Source of the DNA: Balanoglossus misakiensis
Lineage: Eukaryota; Animalia; Hemichordata
Length of the DNA: 64,000 bases
Assembly (NCBI GenBank): GCA_040954595.2
Contig: CM082596.2
Span: 10,560,461-10,624,460 of the forward strand
Reading direction: 5' to 3'
Both the position numbers and the translations under genes were made by a program. Numbering within the stretch: position 1 is the stretch's first letter; every line of letters begins with the position of its first letter. The notes beneath the pieces were generated by a model. That model ran no database searches. It was not told the DNA's origin and saw only the letters and a program-made list of their open reading frames with translations. Shown here piece after piece: positions 55,601 through 64,000 of this stretch.

Positions 55601-58600
55601 ATTATTAATTGGCATGTCAGTCTTTTGTTTAATTTTTAGCTTTCCTGTCAGTAATGGTGGAGCTTGTCAGACAGGCGGATTGTCCTCTGTCTTCCGCCTG
55701 TCTTCTTCTCTTCTCTGAAATCCCTTTTAGTGAAATTTGCAGTTATCAGCTGGGCCTACTCAACTCATACCATGCAAACGTTATAATAATTTAGAAATAT
55801 TTTACAGTACATCTTTAAACTATTTACTAAATTTGTGGCATGGAAGTTTACTTACAAAATTTCAACATTTCAAAATACATCTTAGGTATTCACTCATTCA
55901 TGTGAGCGAATCCAAAGATGGTATTGGATGTATATATTTATATATATATATATATAATTATCTATGTTTATAATAACAGGTGTTAGTGAACTTTCTACCC
56001 GTTGGACACACGCACGAAAATGTCGACCAGATGTTCTCGAAAATTGCAACGGAACTGAGAAGAACAAATGCATACACCATAAATGGTAATATGTTGTGAT
56101 ATTAAATATTTTATATAACCCTGTGTAGTTGTTAAAGGGGAAATCCAGTCCAGCTGATTTATATATAATGTGGTAGCTTTGAGGTCACTCTTTCAGAAAA
56201 ATAACAACATTTTTTCGCCATGTTTAAGTCGCGTGATATTTTACAAACTTATGAGGGAAAGTTGGCAGAAGTTCCAGTATGGCGTTTACTGTAATTTGAA
56301 TCATGGGAAAAATACAGGGCGAATGTTTTTTTCAATGGCAACAATTTCTTTTTTTCCATAAAGCCACAGTATCAGTGATTGTTGGCTATTGGTTTTTGTT
56401 CCTTGTTTCAACAGTCTTGTCTTGTTCAACTACTCAAAGTACAGTGAAATGCCAAATATCTAGTTTCTCAACACAGCCATTATGTGTACAATAAGCAATA
56501 TTATTGTTGACAATATGAACATATATGGTCCATTTTTTTTTGGGGGGGGGTCAAGATTGTACTTATGATATTGACGTTGACAGTATCTTGTTTTATCAGA
56601 TCTGGAGAGCACAGTTGTGGGATCGTACACGCCTGTTATCAAATGGAGAAATCTTACAGAGAAACCCATCCTGAATATTAAAGAATGGCTGATACCCCAC
56701 ATGGCTGGGAAAATGCAGGGACATTCCAAACAGCATAACTTCAGATTTTACAAGGCTAATGGTGTTGCTTTCATGCAGTATAGACTGTGGTCTACTGATC
56801 CTTGGGAGCCAAGCCAGATGGATGAGAATGGGGAACAACTTCCAGGAATCAACTGTTTTAAGGTGAGATTTTCAACACTCATCACAAACAGATAGAGACC
56901 CTTGATGTAACCTATCACAAACAGTCCCTTGATGTAACCAATGTTTGCTTGTCTTTCACTGTATAACAAGAGCCCCAACCAATAATTTGGTGAGATGACA
57001 TATTATGGTTTTAGCTCTATCTGTCTGGATTCATTTCACATATGTGCCTACATCAGTTTTGGCCCCTGGAAAATATATGTGGACATACATATGAATGGCA
57101 TATTTTTTTTCACAATGCGACCAAAATGGCCATTCAGCAGCCATATTATTACCAATAGCCATTACTCAAAATATTCAAGAACTGATATTGTTGATGTTTG
57201 GGTTACGTCCGTCCAGAGTGAGTTCTCAGAAGTGCCTGGACCGAATTCATTCAAACTTGGTACAAAGACAGAACAAAACAGAACTCAACAAATTATCAAA
57301 TAAATTAAGTAAAGTTGCTTTACTCAAAACATCCATTTTCCTTTCAGAGTATGCCATGTCTGGATGATGTGCCGGCCTATGTGCTTCCAAGCATTGAAAA
57401 ACTGGATGTGAATTCTTTGAGGAGAGACGTACCCAATGGATTTGGTGTCAGAATGCCACCGTCTGGAGTACAATGGTGGAATAACTTCCTTCGTAATGTG
57501 GAAGATATTGAAAAGGTAGCTACAAAGACAATTCTTATTAAAACTTGTGTACTAGTATTTAGTTGAAAACAAAAAGTGAATCCATGTGAATATCTCTTTA
57601 TATATTATTGCGTGAATACATGGTAACTCTCGTTGGCTCACATTTGGCATACCAATGTGTGTATAGTATAACAAGGCATCTGAATGTGACAGTGACATTG
57701 TCACTATTTTGTAACTTTAACCATCAATGAGCATGTCAGTCAGCTAACACAAATAATGTATTGCTGTCCTTTCAATAATTCCAGGTTCCCACTCAATCAG
57801 AAGAGTTATGGCTGCTGCCCCAAATAAAGGAAAAAGCAGAAAGAAAGAAGGCTGACAGACAATGTCTTCAAAATGAAGAACTTGACAGTCAAGTGTCAAA
57901 AATTAGAGAAAAGTTGACAAGAACGTGTCAGGAGGTGAGCTACAAAAAATGGTGTAATATTTCCCAACAACACGCATTGACATATTTTAAGTATTTCTAT
58001 TGACATCTTGTGATTACCATGTCATTTTAAACTCATCAAGTAAACAGAAGGTTTTTTGTGCAAGGTGACTGTTTGAGAAATTATCATTTACTTTTGCCAG
58101 AAAGTGGAACAGAAAAAAGTTTTGTTGAATAGCAAAAAATACATGGACTGATGACTTGTTAAATAGCAATTTTTAATATTAACCTTATATGCACTTTCAT
58201 TACATGCAGACATTGTCGTTTTCTTAGGAGAGTGGCTAATCATAAATCATCATTTCAATCTACAGATTACTGTCCAGGGGATGCGGCCCACCATTCATCA
58301 TGTTGACAGCTATGACTGTATTAGTGTTGGTGACATGGTTGCAGTTTACTGTCCGACGTACACAGAGATTCCTCAAATTGGAAAAGTGACGGAAAGAAGG
58401 GAACAAGAATTTGTCCTCCAATGGTATGAAGGGACATGGACAAGTTCCTGGAAACCATCCTACCAAACCCAGGGAAGGAAGCAGGTGCTGTACACGGACA
58501 CACAACCAGTTCATGCAGCAATTTTTGGGGGGTTCAAACTAAATGGCAGAAAGATGCTGGGTAAAGAAACAAAGCTTGTCCTACAAGAAAAGTACAAGAA

Positions 58601-58625
58601 TGCCATATCAAATATTGTGCAATAG
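52639..58625 (+). CDS. 10-exon DD(D/E) transposase, Sola1-like, about 869 aa, with a C-terminal Tudor/SH3-like domain
   Basis: Exons 52639-53392, 53626-53903, 54064-54185, 54643-54812, 55354-55592, 55980-56085, 56600-56862, 57348-57515, 57785-57934 and 58266-58625. All junctions are GT-AG and phase-compatible, 2610 nt in total. Motifs: VCPAAW, HLP, KCTDC...H, IIIDGIDQ, LQLDNCFRENKN, FLPVGHTHENVDQMFS. Confidence 0.85.
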
Positions 58626-58916
58626 ACTATTATTTAAAGAATAATGTATGCCACAAAGACTGGACTGGACTCCTTGTTTTGTAGTAAATTACATTTTTGT
58701 GTTTTTAAGAGATAACAATGTCACCAAACACTGTTAAAATGATTAAAGATTTATGAAACCAAACTTTCTCTTTAATTAATCGATTTAGTGCCAGAGAGAG
58801 AAAGAGAGAACAAAAGTGACTTTGTACGTTGTGATGGATGTTTCTTAGTTGATGACATAAACTTTACCAGTCTCCCTGCCAATAGTGAGTGGGTGGATTA
58901 CACAGTGTACCAGTAG

Positions 58917-60495
58917 GGCCCGGAAATCTTGCTGATTAGCAGGGAGTCTAGTACAGCCTGGACGTCTTGCCAATTGGCAGAGAGTCTAGTACAGCGTGGA
59001 CGTCTTGCCAATTGGCAGAGTCTTGTACAGCTTGGAAATCTTGCCGATTGGCAGAGAGTCTTGCACAGCCTGGACATCTTGCCAATTGGCAGAGAGTCTT
59101 GTACAGCTTGGAAATCTTGCCGATTGGCAGAGAGTCTTGTACAGCTTGGAAATCTTGCCGATTGGCAGAGAGTCTTGCACAGCCTGAAAATCCTGCCAAT
59201 TGGCAGAGAGTCTTGTACAGCCTGGAAATCTTGCCAATTGGCAGAGAGTCTTGTACAGCCTGGAAATCTTGCCAATTGGCAGAGAGTCTTGTACAGCCTG
59301 GAAATCTTGCCAATTGGCAGAGAGTCTTGTACAGCCTGAAAATCCTGCCAATTGGCAGAGAGTCTTGCACAGCCTGAAAATCCTGCCAATTGGCAGAGAG
59401 TCTTGCACAGCCTGGACATCTTGCCGATTGGCAGAGAGTCTAGTACAGCCTGGACATCTTGCCGATTGGCAGAGAGTCTTGTACAGCCTGAAAATCTTGC
59501 CGATTGGCAGGAGTCTTGTACAGCCTGAAAATCCTGCCAATTGGCAGAGAGTCTTGCACAGCCTGAAAATCCTGCCAATTGGCAGAGAGTCTTGCACAGC
59601 CTGGACATCTTGCCGATTGGCAGAGAGTCTAGTACAGCCTGGACATCTTGCCGATTGGCAGAGAGTCTTGTACAGCCTGAAAATCTTGCCGATTGGCAGG
59701 AGTCTTGTACAGCCTGAAAATCTTGCCGATTGGCAGGAGTCTTGTACAGCCTGAAAATCCTGCCAATTGGCAGAGAGTCTTGTACAGCCTGAAAATCTTG
59801 CCGATTGGCAGAGAGTCTTGCACAGCCTGGACATCTTGCCGATTGGCAGGAGTCTTGTACAGCCTGAAAATCTTGCCAATTGGCAGAGAGTCTTGTACAG
59901 CCTGAAAATCTTGCCGATTGGCAGGAGTCTTGTACAGCCTGAAAATCCTGCCAATTGGCAGAGAGTCTTGTACAGCTTGGAAATCTTGCCGATTGGCAGA
60001 GAGTCTTGCACAGCCTGGACATCTTGCCGATTGGCAGAGAGTCTTGTACAGCCTGAAAATCCTGCCAATTGGCAGAGAGTCTTGTACAGCCTGGAAATCT
60101 TGCCGATTGGCAGAGAGTCTTGCACAGCCTGGACATCTTGCCAATTGGCAGAGAGTCTTGTACAGCCTGGAAATCTTGCCGATTGGCAGGAGTCTTGTAC
60201 AGCCTGAAAATCCTGCCAATTGGCAGAGAGTCTTGTACAGCTTGGAAATCTTGCCGATTGGCAGAGAGTCTTGCACAGCCTGGACATCTTGCCAATTGGC
60301 AGAGAGTCTTGTACAGCCTGGAAATCTTGCCGATTGGCAGGAGTCTTGTACAGCCTGAAAATCCTGCCAATTGGCAGGGAGTCTTATACAGCCTGGAAAT
60401 CCTGCCGATTGGCAGAGAGTCTTGTACAGCTTTGAAATCTTGCCGATTGGCAGGGAATTCTAAGTCGTTACACTATTCCTGCCAATTGGCAAGAT
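58917..60495. repeat. Right subterminal 38-bp tandem array (about 40 units)
   Basis: Unit CTTGCCRATTGGCAGAGAGTCTTGTACAGCCTGGAAAT with 36-bp variants; its core is the inverted counterpart of the left array core. Confidence 0.96.
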
Positions 60496-60777
60496 TTTTA
60501 AGCTATGCAAGACTCCCTCCACATTGACAATTGAAGTGTGCTTGTTTTTCTGTTGAAAAAAGTCACATGAAATTTATCATCCCTCAAACTTATCTTTTAT
60601 TCAATAAAAATAATAATAAGTGGTGTTTAATGTAACTCTTATGAACTTTTCCATTGAAAAATCTATTTCAAAATTTCTTTTTGACCACCATGGGTTTTTT
60701 CAAAGGAATTTCGTAATTTATGTTTGGGCTGACATTGATAATGAGTATTTCCATACAAAAATCCGATTTTATCTTCG

Positions 60778-60811
60778 TTTTCGAAAATTGGAATTTCTAT
60801 GTCGTTGTGTT
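60778..60811 (-). repeat. Right TIR
   Basis: TTTTCGAAAATTGGAATTTCTATGTCGTTGTGTT. Confidence 0.92.
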
Positions 60812-60899
60812 TGAATTTCATGAGTTAACCAATAGTATGCATGTGATAGAGGTGGCAGTGCCAGTCACATATTTCACTAATTTTCACTATGACTTCTAG
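60812..60899 (+). pseudogene. C-terminal remainder of the Ngaro RT/RNase H ORF
   Basis: Continues the frame of ADHLSRWHISQHHSFE as FHELTNSMHVIEVAVPVTYFTNFHYDF*. Confidence 0.7.
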
Positions 60900-60975
60900 T
60901 AAGTTCCTAGGCAGTTTTGTATTTTACTCGCTAATGGGAACTCCCTGAATGCTTCCCCTCCCCTGGTTTGGCGGC

Positions 60976-61192
60976 TTGGAGCTGGTTTTGTCAAACTCTT
61001 TTTCATCTGCATATTAAAGATTTTGCCAAGTTTCCGCCAACCCATGAGTGTGTCGCATTCTGTTCCTTCCCATTAGCCCACTAGTTTTCAAGCATTTATA
61101 CTGTTCGAGTGTTTCAGGTGTATTTGTATGCAAGACGTGTTTTCCTGTACAATTATTATATAAGTAGAGTTCCACAGAGGCAGCCACTAATT
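60976..61192 (+). repeat. Split direct repeat B1
   Basis: 217 bp; matches 61414-61630 with one substitution; overlaps A2 by AATT. Confidence 0.95.
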
Positions 61193-61330
61193 TAGGCCCA
61201 ACCCCTTGGGTGTAATTTGGGGCGCCCTCTGTGTAGTGCGTCTTCCCGCCTTCCGGAGAGAATTGCTACTTTTGTAGGGCTTCCGCCATCTTGTAGAGTC
61301 ACTTTTTCCGAGCAGTCGCTCGCTTAAAAC
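61189..61330 (+). repeat. Split direct repeat A2
   Basis: Copy of A1, directly after B1. Confidence 0.95.
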
Positions 61331-61413
61331 CCCACCCACCACTACCCATGGCTTTTCCTTGTATGTTTGTTATATTTATTTTATTTACCTTTATTCACAT
61401 GGTTTATAAGTGG

Positions 61414-61630
61414 TTGGAGCTGGTTTTGTCAAACTCTTTTTCATCTGCATATTAAAGATTTTGCCAAGTTTCCGCCAACCCATGAGTGTGTCGCATTCTG
61501 TTCCTTCCCATTAGCCCACTAGTTTTCAAGCATTTATACTGTTCGAGTGTTTCAGGTGTATTTGTATGCAAGACGTGTTTTCCTGTACAATTATTATATA
61601 AGAAGAGTTCCACAGAGGCAGCCACTAATT
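61414..61630 (+). repeat. Split direct repeat B2 (element 3' end)
   Basis: Copy of B1, followed directly by satellite. Confidence 0.95.
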
Positions 61631-63916
61631 GTAAACAGAATACAATATCATTTATGAAGTCAATGTGAACAACTTTACTTGAAGTCAGTACATTGTAAAC
61701 AGAATACCAGAGTTGTAATGATTTGTCTGATCACAATATGTCTATAGACACATCATGTACATGGACATGAATGCAAGAATGGACACATATCATTTAAAAA
61801 GTCAATGTGAATAATTTTACTTGAAGTCAGTTCATTGTAAACAGAATACCAGAGTTGTAATAATTTGTCTGATCACAATATGTCTATAGACACATCACGT
61901 ACATGGACATGAATGCAAGAATGGACACAGATCATTTATGAAGTCAACATGAACAACTTTATTTGATGTCAGTACATTGTTAACATAATACCACAGTTGT
62001 AATAATTTGTCTGGTCACAATATGTCTATGGACACATCATGTACATGGACATGAATGCAAGAATGGACACAGATCATTTATAAAGTCAATGTGAACAATT
62101 TACTTAAAGTCAGTACATTGTAAACAGAATACCACAGTTGTAATATTTTGTCTGCTCACAATATTTCTATAGACACATCACGTACATGGACATGAATGCA
62201 AGAATGGACACAGATCATTTATGAAGTCAATGTGAACAACTTTACTTGAAGTCAGTACATTGTAAACAGAATACCACAGTTGTAATAATTTGTCTGCTCA
62301 CAATATGTCTACAGACACATCACATACATGGACATGAATGCAAGAATGGACACAGATCATTTATGAAGTCAATGTGAACAACTTTACTTGAAGTCAGTAC
62401 ATTGTAAACAGAATACCAGAGTTGTAACAATTTGTCTGGTCACAATATGTCTATAGACACATCATGTACATGGACATGAATGCAAAAATGGACCCAGATC
62501 ATTTATGAAGTCAATATGAACAAATTTATTTGATGTCAGTACATTGTAAACAGAATACCACAGTTGTAATAATTTGTCTGGTCACAATATGTCTATAGAC
62601 ACATAATGTACATGGACATGAATGCAAGAATGGACACAGATCATTTATGAAGTCAATGTGAACAACATTACTTGAAGTCAGTACATTGTAAACAGAATAC
62701 CAGAGTTGTAATAATTTGTCTGGTCACAATATGTCTATAGACACATCCTGTACATGGACATGAATGCAAGAATGGACCCAGATCATTTATGAAGTCAATA
62801 TGAACACATTTATCTGATGTCAGTACATTGTAAAAAAATACCAGAGTTGTAATAATTTGTCTGGTCACAATATGTCTATAGACACATCACGTACATGGAC
62901 ATGAATGCAAGAATGGACACAGATCATTTATGCAGTCAATGTGAACAACTTTACTTGAAGTCAGTACATTGTAAACAGAATACCACAGTTGTAATAATTT
63001 GTCTGGTCACAATATGTCTATAGACACATCACGTACATGGACATGAATGCAAGAATGGTCACAGATCATTTATGAAGTCAACGTGAACAACTTTACTTGA
63101 AGTCAGCACATTGTAAACAGAATACCACAGTTGTAATAATTTGTCTGCTCACCATATGTCTATAGACACATCACGTACATGGACATGAATGCAGGAATGG
63201 ACACAGATCATTTATGAAGTTAATGTGAACAACTTTACTTGAAGTCAGTACATTGTAAACAGAATGCCAGAGTTGTAATAATTTGTCTGATCACAATATG
63301 TCTATAGACACATCATGTACATGGACATGAATGCAAGAATGGACACAGATCATTTATGAAGTCAATGTGAACAACTTTACTTGAAGTCAGTACATTGTAA
63401 ACAGAAGACCAGAGTTGTAATAATTTTTTTGGTCACAATATGTCTATAGACACATCACGTACATGGACATGAATGCAAGAATTGACACAGATCTTTTATG
63501 AAGTTAATGTGAACAACTTTACTTGAAGTCAGTACATTGTAAACAGAGTACCAGAGTTGTAATAATTTTTTTGGTCACAATATGTCTATAGACACATCAC
63601 GTACATGGACATGAATGCAAGAATGGACACAAATCATTTATGAAGTCAATGTGAACAACTTTACTTGAAGTCAGTACATTGTAAACAGAATACCAGAGTT
63701 GTAATAATTTGTCTGATCGCAATATGTCTATAGACACATCACGGACATGGACATGAATGCAAGATTGGACACAGATCATTTATGAAGTCAATATGAACAA
63801 CTTTACTTGAATTCAGTACATTGTAAACAGAATACCAGAGTTGTATTAATTTGTCTTATCACAATATGTCTATAGACACATCACGTACATGGACATGAAT
63901 GCAAGAATGGTCACAG
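61627..63916. repeat. 142-bp satellite array, more diverged (about 16 monomers)
   Basis: Same monomer and orientation with many private substitutions; the first monomer is internally deleted; ends near 63916. Confidence 0.97.
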
Positions 63917-64000
63917 CTTATTCGTAAAGACAATATCTTGTCAAACGAACCCCAAAACAAATTCTTAGCAAGTCCATAAGTAAGCTTCCTTTATTGCGAA

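Larger units (their letters stand above)
46165..60811 (+). mobile_element. 14.6-kb TIR DNA transposon (Sola1-like transposase, superfamily uncertain) carrying a ParB-methyltransferase-like cargo gene
   Basis: 34-bp TIRs; TGAA at 46161-46164 and 60812-60815; removing the element restores the Ngaro RNase H frame (HHSFE|FHELTN); subterminal arrays; internal transposase gene. Confidence 0.9.
42409..61630 (+). mobile_element. Ngaro-type (DIRS order) retrotransposon with split direct repeats, degenerate and interrupted by a nested DNA transposon
   Basis: A1 42409-42550, gag-like ORF, RT/RNase H remnants, then B1 60976-61192, A2 61189-61330 and B2 61414-61630. A1...B1-A2-B2 is the Ngaro/PAT architecture. 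The satellite resumes in register (GTAAACAGAATAC) after B2. Confidence 0.9.

Noticed and set aside
56132-56160. TTAAAGGGGAAA resembling a Kolobok-type terminus in a transposase intron
   Set aside because: No matching inverted end or second TTAA junction found nearby.
58917-60495. NFI binding sites in the arrays
   Set aside because: The half-sites are arranged TGCCAA-TTGGCA, not TTGGC(N5)GCCAA.
58898-60527. ORFs up to 490 aa in the right array; also CRISPR-like unit length
   Set aside because: Same repeat artefact; the sequence between cores is repeated, not unique.
46165-60811. Polinton/Maverick assignment from size and TIRs
   Set aside because: No protein-primed polymerase, capsid, ATPase or retroviral-type integrase; genes are intron-rich; no 6-bp TSD.

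Overview
Eukaryotic (probably invertebrate animal) heterochromatin-like window. A 142-bp AT-rich satellite array spans the window (1-26369, 31066-31244, 36094-42412, 61627-63916) and is interrupted by three retrotransposons. Two are short-LTR Ty3/Gypsy (Mag-like) elements lying head-to-head, each with a 5-bp TSD, PBS and PPT. The third is a Ngaro-type (DIRS order) element with split direct repeats A1...B1-A2-B2 and no recognisable tyrosine-recombinase ORF. Nested in the Ngaro RNase H region is a 14.6-kb DNA transposon (46165-60811) with 34-bp TIRs, a probable TGAA target duplication and subterminal 38-bp tandem arrays sharing a palindromic core. It carries two divergent intron-containing genes: an apparently intact 10-exon DD(D/E) transposase resembling Sola1 with a C-terminal Tudor/SH3-like domain, and a gene joining a ParB/Srx-like domain to the C-terminal half of a beta-class N6-adenine/N4-cytosine DNA methyltransferase. 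That cargo gene is the most notable feature. Its catalytic motif IV cannot be found in this copy. All calls come from reading the sequence by eye, without database searches.
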